A DNA stretch of 57,010 nucleotides, filler included, from Streblomastix strix (GCA_008636045.1; 2 parts of 2 records of this genome joined end to end with filler, not necessarily neighbours in it); one strand, 5' to 3'; positions 13,273 through 28,141 are shown, numbered from the whole stretch's first letter. Notes: generated by a model not told the origin, from the sequence alone. Numbers and translations: made by a program.

Positions 13273-15010
13273 TCAACCATTTCAAACAGTCGAACCTACA
13301 AATTCTCCAATAATATCTGAACTTAAAACATTAGAGACCGGATTATCATTAAACGTAATAAGAATAAATACATCTCAAAAATATTGCACAATTGGAGTTA
13401 AAGTCACTTAATGAGGATCTGAATAACTTCTTAAAGCAATAAATTATTGAAAATCATATTTATTCTGAAGTATATCTAGTGTTGTAGTATCTTTTATTCT
13501 TTTAGTTTAATTTCCATTAAAAATTACTTAAATATTTGTTCATGAGCCAATTTTGATTAGTTATATCCTCGCATAGATGAATCATCAGTCGTCATCTTCT
13601 AAGCAGAAATGTCTATTTTTTAGATATAATATTCTTACTGCTTTTGTTCCATTAAATAATGTAGTAATATAAAATATATTTGAATTATCACTTATTTTTC
13701 ATATTTATCAGCATAACCATATAAATTGACTTTATCATTAATATTTATATTTTCAAAAATAAGAGATTGACGCAAATTTGATGGAGCATTTACAGCATCA
13801 TAATCAACAAAACAACCAAACATTTAACTATTAATTATATAATTTAATGTATTAGATAGTTAACATATTACATTTTTTAAATCAACAAACAAATTAGTAA
13901 TTTTAAATAATTTAGAGAAAAACCATATAAAAAATTATGACATAACAAATGTCATAAATTTCAATGTTATATTAGCAAATTATATTATACTTTATGTACT
14001 ACCTGATATCACTTAAAATCCACTGAACTGAAAATTTGAAGATTAAGACCTTATGAATTGAATAGGGAAATTAAATATTCTTTAAATTTTTATCATTCAA
14101 AAATTGTTTCTTCTTTTTCAATATTTTAAGCAATCAATTTATATTTTAAATTCTTCAAATTTAGCATTTACAACTTAAAAAATAAAATTTTTTGGAGCGT
14201 TTGCACCATTCGCAGAATTTTTACATATTAACTAGCTTAACATTAAATTATTCGTATGAAAGTATCTTTTCTTCTTTTGGGACATTTAATAGAAAATCAA
14301 TTTTAAATTTCTCTGAAAGTATCAATACTTATGCAAATTAACAACTCTATATAGTATTAATTTTTTTTAACCAAAAAATTCTTAAATTTTATTGAAAATC
14401 TCACTTCGATAGTTATAAATGTAATATAAAATTTTTTGTTAAAACAAGAATTGAATTAAAAATTGGATTCAATCAATTTATATCAAAAACACCGCTAAGT
14501 GCTTTATCAAACGGAATCCTATAAAAATGGAATTCTATCGGCTTAAACTAGTTTTATTGCATCTTTATCAATTGAAATAATTGAGACATTAGTTAATAAG
14601 TTTATGAAGCTTATGACGTATTGACTAAATTTTCCGCTAATGGATCTACTTTTACATTAAAATTAACTCATATATTCAATTCACCTAAGATACCTGCATC
14701 TAGTTCTAAATTTAATTATATTGCCAGTAAAAAAGCAAGAGTTATAATTGAACAATTCACTTAACAAATTTTTACTATTAAACATGTGTTATTTTCTCAT
14801 GCAGCTAATTGTACTTTAGTATATTTAACGCCTGATGATATAAGCAAATTTTCAGGCTAAATAAAATGTTATTATTTTGACAACTGAGAAAGGTTAAGTA
14901 TGAATTGTTGATGTTTTTAACTCATTTCCGAGCTGCATGTATTCGTTAATGTAATCTGAGTGCTACATTTTACACAATCACTAAAGATAACCACTTGAGC
15001 TGAATTACAT
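13273..15010 (-). pseudogene. Relic putative major capsid protein
   Basis: N-term MQFSSSGYLQ.LCKMQHSDYINEY vs MSFSASDYIQKLAHVQHSDYISSY; KMTTDDSSMRGYN vs KMATDDSFMRGYN; C-term DIIGEFVGS vs EIIGEVGGT. Confidence 0.8.
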
Positions 15011-15032
15011 TCTGATAATTTAAAATAATAGT

Positions 15033-15246
15033 ATGGAATTTTTTAGAGACATCGTAAACTTATAAATGTAATATTTGGAGGTATTATATGTGCAGCTTAT
15101 TAGGCAGCACCAAATCATTATAAAGTTCTTTTTACAATTTCAGGCCCAGTTGAAATGACACACCTAGGAATTGGTGGTACATTAGGTGTTGATGCTAATC
15201 TTGCAGGAGCTGTTGATCGGCTTGTTAATCGAAGGTAATACATGAC
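15033..15246 (+). pseudogene. Relic homolog of the amphipathic protein VI-like peptide
   Basis: IFGGI...AAPNHYKVLFTISGPVEMTHLG...NLAGAVDRLVN aligns with 41549-41755; frameshifted. Confidence 0.8.
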
Positions 15247-15532
15247 TCCGAAGGTATCCATATGATTAATCATAACAACTAATGGTTTTAGTTAGTTTTT
15301 CACCAAAAAAATGAATGATTAATCATAATTATTTATGATGGCGTTTTAGTCTCCGAACCTTTTTTTGTAATAATAATCCAAAAACTTTATCATTTTTTGC
15401 AAAATTAAAATGATTACTTTAAATAATTCATTAGTATAACAATAAATCCGAATTGTTCGATAGATTACCAAAAATAATGTAGCATATCATTCATAAAAAA
15501 AAGAAATTCTAGTGGAGCATTGATGCAAAATG

Positions 15533-17200
15533 ATGAATATTATTTACTTATAAAAAATTGTAATGCATCATTTTATAAAGATAATAATTAAGTAATTGAT
15601 GATTATGCAGCAGATTTTGTAATAAATATTACATCAAATGTATTATTTATATTTAGAATTTTGAAATTAATTAATTTTGATTTTGTTGCGTAAATTAACC
15701 TGTTAATAAAGTTAATATAACAATTTTAATCATCAATTGATGATGTTGAATAAGATATTATTGAATTAAAAAAAGATACATTAACTATTTAAAAAGAGAA
15801 TGCACGTAAGATTCATTTTTGTGGTTATTATTTCTAGATTAGTGCTATTTTAAATTTATCTAATTAAATTAATAAAGATTTTGCGTTTAGTACAGAAAGT
15901 GGAACAGTATGGATGTATGATACGAATTGATATAATAGCGGTGATGTAGTACCTGATTAGGTTACCTCAACAAGTGATGCAACACCATTGGCTAATGGAA
16001 TAGTAACTACAGGAATAGCAAAAGAATAGGCAGGATGAGAAATAAACATCATCTTAAAGTTTCAACCGTTTTACCAAATAAAAATACCGCTGTCAGTTGT
16101 GTTAAAACTGCAATTACTTAAACTAAAAGTGACCATATTCATTATAATTATTTAATTACATGTACTTCAGCTAGAAAAGACACTGGAACAAGTACTGCAG
16201 GCACTGCTAATATTTATTCCAGCCAATACAGTTAACGTTCTCTTAGTATAGTTACATCAATTGAATCATCAGATTTGTTGTTAGTTAACGCATCTGCAAA
16301 AAGTAACGGAATAAGTTATTATTATTTTCATTAAGACCATACGTAACTGTAATAACTAACATATGCAAGGTTTTAATGGCTACTATGTAAACTATAGCTA
16401 ATGCCTAATCAATCGATGTATTGCTCGATAATGGTGATTCTAGAAATATTACAGATGCAGTTGGTAACAGTTTTGTAACTAAAACAGGAAAAATATTATA
16501 AGTAATCGAATAAACTTTTCGATATAGTGGTGATGATAAAGAAGAAAGTAATGATGTAGATTATTTATCAGGAAGAAAAATTTGATAGCAATTACGAAAA
16601 TCTTTCTAGAGCATAAGTAATATGTAATAGAAAATCATTCAAAAATAATTATTTCGAAATATATTCAGTAAATTAAAGCAATCATTTAATTATAACACCT
16701 GTTTATGGTTGCTATATCTAGTAGATGATAAATAGAAATGAATTTATATTATCAAGTAATACAAATGAATCTAATCCATCATTATAAATTAACTGTCAAT
16801 GTTCTGTATTATCAGACTTATATATTAATGCCAAATTACCAAATAAATTTATACTGAGTGTTGAAATATCTGATACACTTATTGAAGTTACTAGCGGTAA
16901 TTTATAGGTAAACCTAGTCGAATAATCAAATAGAGAAAGAATAAATGTAGCAAAAACTAGTGGAAATATTAGTGCTGATTAGAAAACTGTTTCTTTCAAC
17001 AGAAGAGTTATTGTTTGCATAAGATCAACAAATGAAGCAGCTAATGGGTCAGTTTTTTATTCTGCTGGTAACAATGTCTCATAGAGTATAAATAGTACAC
17101 GAACAGAATGTGGATTTTATTGTAATGGAATTATATATATATGAGAGCTAGACTAATAACTTTGGAGTCAGTTACTCCTTGTAAAAGGACGCAACAATTA
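15533..17200 (+). pseudogene. Relic fibre-like protein
   Basis: DFAFSTESGTVWMYDTN.YNSGDVVPDQVT is nearly identical to the fibre at 38112-40182; many lesions. Confidence 0.8.
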
Positions 17201-17649
17201 GTGGTTAAGATTAATAATTGCGATTTTTTTAAAAAAGCTGTTATTTACTTTTAATTAAATGAATAATAAAAATTCGATAAAACAATTTTTCAATGAAGTA
17301 ATGAAATAATAATTTAAGAATTACAATTCTATTAAAGCAATTAGCAATAATAAATAAAAAATTGCATTATTTCCGAAGCAAATGCATAGAAATAATAAAT
17401 ATTTACTAATTTTGTAAATGAAACTTAAAATAGTTGCTTGGTCAATTATTATCAGTTGATTATACTTCCAACGTGTAGCTAAATTTAAATCTTTACTCAT
17501 AATTACATCACTCAGAAATTGTTTAATTTGCTATATTAATAATTAATTCCAAAAGATAAGGCGATTCAACGAACTACCAGATTATGTATAATCATTAATT
17601 GTTTACGTCCTGCTTAGCAGTACTTTGTCATTCTTTCCCATCTTTCTTT

Positions 17650-17815
17650 CAGAAAATTTTTTTCATGTATATTGTAATATTTAATGGTATCAATATTATG
17701 TATAAATATCCCCAAAAAATTTTTATAAGATTAATAGTACTAGCTAGTTATTAAGGAACAGAAACTAACAAAATAGCTATAATAAAGTTAATACCATAAA
17801 AAATATAATTCATTA
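17650..17815 (-). pseudogene. Relic small two-TM membrane protein
   Basis: IFYGINFIIAILLVSVPQQL...FWGYLYIILIPLNITIY aligns with 36755-36991. Confidence 0.7.
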
Positions 17816-17861
17816 TACCTATAATCTAATTCAATATATTCATTTTATTAATTTTTAAATG

Positions 17862-18130
17862 TTGCGATATGAGATACGAAACATAACATTTACGAACAAG
17901 GATTAATTGAACGAATTATAGACTTATCCATTAACCAAAATTTCATTGTATTTCGTTAATGAAAATTTTTATATCGTTTGAGCTGTTGGAAATGGTAAAA
18001 TTACGTTAATATCAATTCTAAATGTTATTTATTATAAATAATTAATCCATACGTTTTATACTTCTCAACCATTTCTGCTGACGAGATAATGGCATTAAAT
18101 TTGAATAGTAAGAATATATCACTATCTAAT
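17862..18130 (+). pseudogene. Relic packaging ATPase, 5' fragment
   Basis: YPLTKISLYFVN...IV.AVGNGKIT matches the KPLTRNSLFLINGNHYIVGAVGSGKTT region of 37015-38073. Confidence 0.75.
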
Positions 18131-18779
18131 ATAATTTTTGGAGAAGCAGTAGTATTTCTCCAAAGTTCGACGGGGTAAAATATTCAATAAATAATGTACG
18201 TTTTTGATTTAAATTGTATGAATAATGATTTATGTACTTAATTGAATTTATGAAACAAATGGAAGAATTTTTAATATAAAATTATAAAATTCGAACTTTT
18301 TAAAAACAAAAAAACAATTTAAAACGAATAGCTGATTTATTCAGACAAAACGTTATGGAAAATATTAATAAATACAATTAGGCATTTAAAATATTATTTC
18401 TGCATCTGCACCAATAATCATTTGCTTTCAAACCATAAATAAATGGACAACATCATTAATCACATTGTATAGTCGCCTTGGTGTAGTAATTAATAATATC
18501 ATTTTAAACAATGGATAATTTGCTTATTTAATATTTTTTCTAACCGAACCGATTGTAGGTGAATTTTGTAATAGATCTTTTTGTTACATTATCCATCATT
18601 TATTCTTCGGTTATTTCAATGTTTTATTAATTCACTTCTTTAAATTTTATTTCTCTTCTGGTTTCTTTTTTCTTTTGAATACTATTTGTCACAAAATAAT
18701 TTTTTGGAGCATGTGCCACCATTTCTGTACTTTATAGTTTGGTAACTAGTCCTAATATCTTTTTTTCATCCAATAAATT

Positions 18780-21200
18780 CCCCCCAAAAGTTGAGAATTA
18801 ATTTTTTGCATATTCGACATAAAAATTTTAATCAATATTTCCCTGTTTTCATTCCATCTATTTTTTAAGAGGAACTTTAGTTAATTTTGCAGAATTGTTT
18901 CAAGCTTTTTTTCCCGAAGATTTTTATATTAATTCGTTAGTTTGCAAATCCTTTAACAAATGCTTCGAAAATATCATGCTTCTCAAACAGAAATATTTAC
19001 TTAAAATTGGTAAAAAATTAATGTAATCGTTAATGTTATCTTCATCAATATGCATTTAAATTTCTTCTATATATAACTATCCTTTCTCATTAATTCATTT
19101 TTAAAAATTTCTAAATCTAACATTTGTTATTTTTACTTTGACGAATTAATTATTATTTTTCCTTTGACTGATCCAAGCATATACATTTTACCATCTGTGT
19201 ATTTAATGAATTTGTGTGGAATAAATGATGTAATTGATTAATATAACAAGTTAAATTAAATTCTTATTATATAAATAATTATATTGTAAGATATTAAAAC
19301 AGTAACTATTTTTATTTCTTTATTATATCAAAAAATTTTATAAACTCTTCCCTTGACATGTTAACTCTGTACGTTACATTCGTCAATCCCTCACATATAT
19401 ATTATCAAATTAAATTATTTATATTGATATCTGTTAAATTTGGTAAGAAGCAGTTTAAAATACAAAGTCTTATTAATTTAAAATATAATTAAATTATCAG
19501 TATTTATTTGTTCTTACGGAATTACTCTTTTTATGCTTCAATTTATTTATTGCAAATTTATATAAATTACTTTAAAGTTGTTCACACATTATATGTGAGA
19601 AAATCAATAAATTTTAACTTTGTTTCTGGATGTTTATGGTAAACAATTATTTATTTGGCAATTCCATAGCTTTCGATAAAACTTGTTATTTTCCAAACAA
19701 TACATCAAAAAATTTTTAAAATTAATGAAAAATCAAATTTATAATTATTGAAATCAGTAATAAAAACTTTTACGTTACATGGAATGGTGGAGTCAATTGT
19801 CTTTGTCTCCGACTTTCCGAATGGAATTGATTATCAGAATAGATAACAAAAGCTTTTTCGAAAACCTGCTTCAGCCACTAATTTATGAAATCATATTTAT
19901 TTCATAAATTAAAATTAATTTTTTTAACATCTTATTTATTTTTAATTGTTGAAGCTAAATGATTATTGGACTTAATTAAATTTAATATATTTAACCGTTT
20001 TACCACCATTTAAGTGATAACTTTTAGTTTTTTTATAAACTGCTAAGAAATTTTTTGCTTTTAATTTCAAAAATTTCAATTGCAAAATTGAAATTTTTTT
20101 AAATATACTAATGCTTCTTTGTTAACGATCGTAAAAGTGTGTTAAATTAATTTTCTTTCAAGTTATACCTATTCAATTAATATTCCAATTAATGATATAT
20201 TCGATTATTCTTTTATTTAAAAAATATCAGAGATTTATGATACTATATATTATTTTTCACTATTATACGCTATCTTTTTGTAAAAATAATTAACATTGTG
20301 TTTATCGTAATAAAAGTATATATTCTAATTAATTTTAAACTTTTATGTATAAATTTAAGAATATTTTTTAAATCTAAGCTTTTACATGATTTTGGAAATT
20401 CTATCAATTTTCTACTTTTAACTTTGAATGATAGGTCTCATACATTAGTAAAAATATTTATGACTTATGCAAATAGTAGAATTTGATTCGTTTCGTTTCT
20501 TTGGCGTGTCAAGATTTTATGCTTTGGCAAGTGTTTCCATACAATACATTTTATTTTCTTAATCATTTTTGTATAGAACATTCCTATATCCTTACCAATA
20601 TTATTAAATTAATTCTTATATACTAGATCCAATAACTACTTTTTATAACTTAAAATTTTTAATCAACATTGCAAAAATTTGGATATGTCTTTCTTTAATG
20701 GTATCTAGATTAAAATTTTACATATCGATAATTTCAGTTTTTATAAATTATTTGCACTCTTCAATATCATAATATGATAAAAATAATTTTTTGAAGTAAG
20801 TACTTATTCTTCTGCTTCTCGTGGAACTAATATTAATAATTAACAACTGGGTATCCATTCTCGTCATGGTCTATATATTCAAGAAATATTTCAAAATAAA
20901 ATAATATTTTAAATGCTGTATAGTACTATTCATTATTAACGTAATCATCAAATTTTTCTATCACTTCAGCAGAAACAATTTAAGTATTATAATATGCTAG
21001 GCTAATACAGTCTTTTTTAGTAAGCTCTCTTTAGCGTTAAAATCTTTACCTTACACGCTTTACATCTTTAGTAATTTTTTTCATCAATTGGTGGAAATAG
21101 TAACAATTTTTAACTCCATTCGTTTTCGACTTGAATAACTTATTAACTGATAAATTTTTCAATTTTATTTAATAATTCTTAGTTCAATTATTGATTTATG
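18780..21200 (-). pseudogene. Relic protein-primed PolB polyprotein fragments
   Basis: IPHKFIKYTDG (vs IPHDFIKYTGH), GLTNV (vs GLANA), HTFTIVNKEAL (vs HFLYISDTQAL), terminal-protein-like segment near 20850. Confidence 0.7.
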
Positions 21201-23079
21201 AATAAAAATTGAAGACAATAATATTCTTTATTCTCTTAAAAATTAGTCAGTTTGATAAATTTCTTTGAATCTTAAAACAATATCAAATCATGTTTTCATT
21301 AATTATTTATTTAGCTTCTTCTACTAATTATTTTTGGTATTGAGTCAAAAATATATCTGTTTCTAATTGTTCCTTTTCATTTTTATATTCTTATAAATTA
21401 TAATCAAAATAATAATAACGAAAATTTTAAATTTCATAATTTAACCTTTCATTTCCCTATCGCTAAAGGTTTTTCTCTTTTATTCTTAAAGTTTATGCAT
21501 GACCAGCGGCTACTATTTCCCATAAAATTAGTATATTTTATCAAAATCAATTTAACTTTTCTAATTTTTTAATTCTTTTAATGCCGAACAACAAATTTTT
21601 TTCACAATTTAAAAAGTTGGTAAAATCTGAATTTTTTATTCGTTTAATTTAAATTAAAAATCATCAATATCTGTAGATTATGACATTTTTACAAAAATAT
21701 CTTAAGAATAACTCAAAAATATTAGATCTCTTTCTACAAATTATTACAAATATTCATAATCTATATTAGAATTTTTTAAACAAAATTACCAAATAAAGAG
21801 GAAACTAACGATTTATTCAATCCAATTAAACATTATTGTGACAATATATTTTAACCACATAATTCTGGTTCATCAATTAAATTTTATTAAAAGCAAATAT
21901 TTAAAAAGAATTTCCAGCAATAGATTTAAGAGTTATTCCTTGTAAATAATTTGAAATACTAATTATTAGAATTTATGGATATTCAATAAAATTTCCAAAA
22001 TATGAGCAAAAAATCTGAAAATCTGTTTCAAAACTTTAATTATCAAATTATTTATATAAAACCATTCATCAGTACAATATATTTAATTGATCATTATGAA
22101 TTATCAACGTGATTTGCTCCATTCTCACTTAATTTATCATTTAAATCTTATTCACAAGCTAATTATATATATATAAATTTAGTGAATAAATTATTCTGTT
22201 AGCAAACGAATAAGTATTATATATTTATAAGTAATCATTTAAAATCTCTGGGATAAATAGGCCATAAAAACTACTTCTATCAAATGTTTTTCAAAATATT
22301 TTTCCATTTAATAATGCATTAAACAGGGTACGAACTAATTATTCTAATAAGAAAAATATTTATTTTATTAAAAATTTATTTTATTATTTGTTGCATAAAT
22401 AACAAAATCTATCTATTTAAAGATTTGACTCATGTTAGTTAAATTGAATAAATTATATTCATTCAAATATTTTTCTTCAGTCTAACCTAATAACCGAGTA
22501 GTGAATTTTTGAAATATATCCTATTTTGAATTTTTGATAGAGATCGTTATTCTGTACATATAATATGTTATTAGCCATTCTTATTAACTTATTATCAAAG
22601 TAGTATATGGTGCGAAATTGGTAGCCATTTATACATTCGTCAATTTTTACATTAAAATTTTGTATTTTTCAATTGATTCAGAATAAATGAACAACGTAGT
22701 ACGTTCTTTTATGTGCTTATGCAAATATTTGCAAGTCACTCTGCACTATATAGTTGCAGTGACTCCAAGCCTGTGTAAATATTCAGTAGTTGAACTAAAA
22801 AAACTAAATTTTTTAAAAATAAATAATATTATTGAAAAATATTTAATTTTATTCAAAAATTACATTAACTCATAAAAGAACATACAATTTCGTATATTTG
22901 ATTATATCTAATTGTTCAGCCTTTCATTTAAACATCAAACTACATTTCCTCTATAATATCAGTTATAGAATTTTATATAGAAACTAGAATTTTTTTTATA
23001 AATAATTTATATTTTATTTTAAATATTTGCAAATGTATTAAAGTTAAATGTAACTAAGGCTCAAGTTCGAACCTTGCTG

Positions 23080-24560
23080 TTACAATTTCCATCTTTTACT
23101 TAAATTAATTGTATATGGTAATTGTTATCTGTTAATTAGTTTTTGGTAACAATTTAATTTTCTTATTTAACATAGATTTGAAATTTAAGTCTCTTTCTCT
23201 TTTTAGGATCAGCCACAACTTTACAAGATACTTAGTGAATTAATGGCTGACGTTTATCAGAAAATTCAGAAAAAGACCTCATCTTAACTAATTTGTTCTT
23301 AATTTATTGAAATGTACTCATTATTTTGAAAAATTTCAGTTACTTTAAAGTCAATCACTATTATTTATGAAGTTTATCACTACCAGAAGGAATAAATAGT
23401 ATATTTATTGTTTAATTTTTTTTAGAATATTTCAATATTTTTCATTAAATTTTTCAGTTATAAAGTCCTTTACAATTCATTTAAACTTTATCAAATAAAA
23501 GTTTTTTAATAGCACGATCTGAACGATCTGATGATAGAAATGTCCAGTGATTAGAAGGTTTAACTGACAGCTCCTGGCAAAGTAATTGATCTATTATTTG
23601 CTTTCTTTTGAATATCATGCACTTATTGATGATTTCTTGAATTATTTCCATACAATAAAAGCAGAACTGATTCTTTAGCGGTTAGATAGTTTTAATTACA
23701 TTATGTATATATTCATTTAACGAATTTTTAAATCTGGTTTGAAGAATATATTGAATTACGAATAAAAATTTTGATATGGAAATTATCACTTTGTTATTCT
23801 CAATGAATTGTTGTAAATTGCTAGGAATTTTAGTATGATTATAGAGTACAATTAATAATAGTGGATAATGAACCTTAACAGAAATCGTTGGCAAAATTTA
23901 AGGAGTTTTCTAAGTATTATTATTGGTTTTTATTATCTCCATCTAGTACAGGGCTCCATTGCGAAACGGCTTTTATCTTCTAATGAGAGAGACATTTCGT
24001 CCATATTGAAAATTCAATGCTCTCTAGTTCCAATCAGAAATTTTAGTGTAAAAATTGACGTGAACCTATTTTAAAGTTTTGCTTCCACTTTATGCTTATT
24101 GTCGGTTACTTATATTCCTAAGTCAGTATTAAATTATAACGTAATTTCAAGAGACAAATCGCTCGTGTTCAATCGTTTGCGGTGCAAGCATCAAAGTAAA
24201 ATAATTAATTTGTTCTTAAAGTCGCAATAATTTAGACTTGTTTAATAGAATTCTCAATTCTTATCGTTATGTATTAAGAAATCTTTAAAATATATCTTCT
24301 TCTGCTATGTATCTAAACTCATCTTTATAAAGATGAATTTAAACGACAATTTTTTGCAACACATTCTAGTGTTGCATATGAAGGTAATTTGTCATGACTT
24401 TCTACAAAATTTGTCTATCGGCACCTTTGTTTATATATGTCGTAAACTATTCGTTTTGAAAGGCCATTATCGCAAGTAACGAGCATCGAATATCCTGCAT
24501 TCGCCAAATGACAAGCAATTATCAGCCAAAGATTGAAGCTTCAATGCGTTAAGATCTAGT
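23080..24560 (-). pseudogene. Third degraded pogo-like DDE_1 transposase with an OTU remnant
   Basis: IFNMDEMSL (~23995), SVLLLLYGNNSR, ITLPGAVSQTFQSLDISIIRSFRSCY (~23515-23590), downstream VKDGNC (~23082-23099). Confidence 0.75.
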
Positions 24561-25989
24561 TGCAAGTATTCTACGTTTTAAAGGAAGTTTTTTATCAGAT
24601 GCTCTAATTATTCAAAAAATTCTTAAATTTTCTTGAATCCATAAAAATCAAAAAAACAGTCTCTGTAAATTATATTACTTCTGGAATTTCAGGTCCTACC
24701 TGATCTGCATATCTAAGCATTCAATTTAGTTCAACGTTTGTATGAATAAACTAGATCAAAACACAAGAGGGTACTTTTGCGGGATTGATCAGTTGTGATC
24801 TGGATGATTGGCAGGAACAATGATAAAAGAAAAAATCAGAATGCGGATCATCTAGATCAAAGTTATGATCAAATAGTTTAAAATTAATTTATTTGATGTA
24901 GAAACAATTAAATATTTCCGAAACAAATATATTCAATTTACTGGAAGAATTGAATAGAATTTGTCAGTTGTGAATATGTCTAGCAAACCCTGTAAAATAA
25001 AAACTGCAATTAATAATATAAAATAATAAGATATATTATAATTCATACATGTATATCTATTGTGTGCAATTGTATAATCTGTTGAGTGAGAAATCGATTG
25101 AATATTACCTAGAAATTTTCAAGCCATTTTATAAAGTCCATTCGTAACAAAAGTTAAACTGCATTCTATAAATTATGAATTCATTAGTTATTAAATAATA
25201 AAATTTATAAATTATAACAAATTGTATACAATATTCCATGGGCTACAGTTCTCTCCATCCAGCTTATCACTTTGTTTCTATCTGTATTAATACTCATATC
25301 TCTATGATTCAATTCAAAATTCATTAAATATCAAAGCACGTAGCAATCCCACGGTGTGTACCATCTCAAGCGGTTAATTAAATAATAGCCAAGTTTTTCC
25401 ATCCATCCATCTATCCGAGAGATTATTTTTCTCTATATTCTAGCATAATTTAATATGTATTATGAAATTTATAAATAAATTTAACAAATTGATTCTCGGC
25501 TCTTAAATTTGATTATATCGTTAGAAACTAAACTTTAATTATAAATTTTGGTACTAATTTTTTGTAGAATTCTCTTATTTAGTACATAATCAATACATAA
25601 AATAGAATGAAATAACAGTATAGCCGAGAATAAGCTCAAAATAAACCAAAAACTTGAAAATTCCAAGATCAATCTAGAGTGTGACATGCTCTAAATCATG
25701 AAATGGTCAAAAGACCCCTCTTGCATTTTGATTTAATTTATAAAAATTTAATTTCACTATTTGATTCTTTATGGTTATGGAAATAAAGGGGTATCTGAAT
25801 TGCTGAAAAATACCATAATCTACAGTGACCTTATACTGTATGACTTTAATAAATACTTTTCGTTTTATTTTTTGTATTGCAAAAAATATTGAAATTATAT
25901 TAAACTTAAAAAATTCTATTCTTTATTCAGTATTTTAATAAATTTCACTTTTTTTAAGGATTTTGGATAAGTTTTTCTAATATGTGTAG

Positions 25990-26555
25990 ACATTGGGGCT
26001 ACTCGGGCTTCGCAGTGGATTTTTTGTTTAAATATATATATTTAATACATTTTTACCAAAAAATTCAGGGGTCAAATTTTCAACAGCCAGTCAAAAAAAT
26101 GCATTTTTTATCAACAACGGGAAGGTAACTCAATTTTTCTAAATATATTTAACATAAAATGAATTTATGCTACTTATATATGTATGTCTAGGGTTTGAGA
26201 AAAATCGTGCGTTTTTTTGATTTTTTTTGCTGTTGTACCGTCATTTTTTTAAATACTAGAATCTCGCGTCGCTCCGCTTCCGACTCAATTTTTCGGCTTA
26301 ATATAATTGCATACAACACATTTTTATCAAAAAACTCAGGGGTCAATTTTTCAACCGCCCGTGGAAAAAAAAATATTTTCTCAACAACGGCTTCAAAATC
26401 TGTTGTCTAATTAAAGGAATGTACTACATTTAATTTTTCATATATGTGCATGATTGCGCGAACCCTGGGAAAAATCGCTTATTTTTTTGATGAAAGCCAC
26501 TATGGTTGAGCGTCTTTTTATATATTAGGAAGTAGCATAGATAGCATAGATAGGA
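25990..26555. repeat. Non-coding repeat with ~270 bp internal direct duplication (probable transposon end)
   Basis: acatttttaYcaaaaaaYtcaggggtcaaWtttcaac...tcaacaacgg at ~26045-26120 and ~26317-26390; a related fragment lies at 7575-7745. Confidence 0.65.
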
Positions 26556-28141
26556 TACTATAAACAACTAAACTCGAGTTTTTCTGTCCTTTCTCTAACC
26601 ATAGATGGGAATTACCAAGGTCAATAACTTATCCCTATGAAAGAACTTATTATACTTCCTTATCTGATGAATACACAACAACAAATGCAAATCATTTTTA
26701 TATTCCTGTTTGTGGATTAAATTTGAGAAGGATCTTTTCAAGCTAACCTCGCTGAGCTAAAATGCTCCAGATATTTTCATCAGCAAAAAGCCACATCTTA
26801 CCAGGAACATATATGTATTTTACATAATAATAAGTGCAATATTCAAACATAATACGTGAATATGTAAAATAAATCAGTTAATACAAATTATTTGTCTTTT
26901 CGTTGTTTAATCCAGTATTATCTTTTTTACCCGTAAAAGATATGACACGCTCTGAGGTAGATAGATACGTACAAGTTGACAAAACTGAACAATTTATTTT
27001 CAAAATAAAAAATTATGATTAATTAATAAATTTAAGGATGTAAAAAGCAATAATGCGTATTAGTATGTTTGCATTGCATTTTTGTTGTTAAATCTAATCC
27101 GTAAATTTGCAGAAGTTGTGAATCATGATTTTATTTTTTGTTTATATTCCATGCGTAGCGAATAGTAAAATGTAATATTATTGGTAAATATATTATTTAT
27201 TAAATAAAATATGTTGAATATTAATACATACTATTTTTTTCGCAGGCGTAGAGGTAGAAATCAGTAAAATGTAAAATATGAAAGAATCCGTGATTAATAT
27301 AGCTAATCGCTCATTAAAATGAATTTGAATAATAAATTTCTATCAAATTTTAAAAATGAAAATTAGAATGTCAAATCGTACTTTGAGAAATGCTCCCTTT
27401 ATTAATCCTGGAAATATTTATGATTTTCTATTTTTAAGGCATAAAAACTTTCAAAATTAATTCAATACATGTCAAATTGTAATCAATAATGCATATCATG
27501 AAGTGGTTTGCTTACCAGAACACAGCCAAACAAATAATTCCGAAGATCTGTTGATTTCTCTCTTAATGCACTTGTAAAACTTTTTGAATATCAAATTATT
27601 GCAATAGGGCATGATTTGCTATTCTTTACTATCAATTACCATACAATCTGTTCACTTATACACAAGATAGCCTTCGATTTTAGAGAGTTTCAATTCCAGC
27701 GCAATTTACGTCGTTGTTTGCTTGTAGAATAATGTTATTTGTGTAGCATGCAACGTACAAAGAATTAATCTATCCATAAATTAAAATGAGCACGTCAAAA
27801 ACTGCCTCTTACATGCTATAGTCAATTGAACACTGAATTACAACTGCCACGCGCATATTTATGACTGCCTCACACTGGCTAACGACTTCATTAAACTTAT
27901 TTATAACTTAGCAATATTACTTCATTTCTGCTTCAAGCTTTTATCGATATAATATTTCTTTCTTTAAAATGATTCATACTATTTCTTAACCGATTTTTAC
28001 TAATCAAATTGCGAATTAATCAACCATTTTAAATAACTTGTTGATAATATTAAAACAATCAAAATATTACATTTGCTTTTTTATTCAATTTATTTTCATT
28101 GTATTTATTTATTTTAATCCTGTTATTTATTCAGATTGTCA

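Larger units (their letters stand above)
10900..21300. mobile_element. Old, heavily decayed relic of a related Polinton-like virus (ends not resolved)
   Basis: Fragments homologous to about nine genes of the element at 33104-55634, e.g. DLEELIRLRTENSF (~11110-11150) vs DLEELILLRTENSF, plus MCP, fibre, ATPase and pPolB fragments. Confidence 0.85.
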
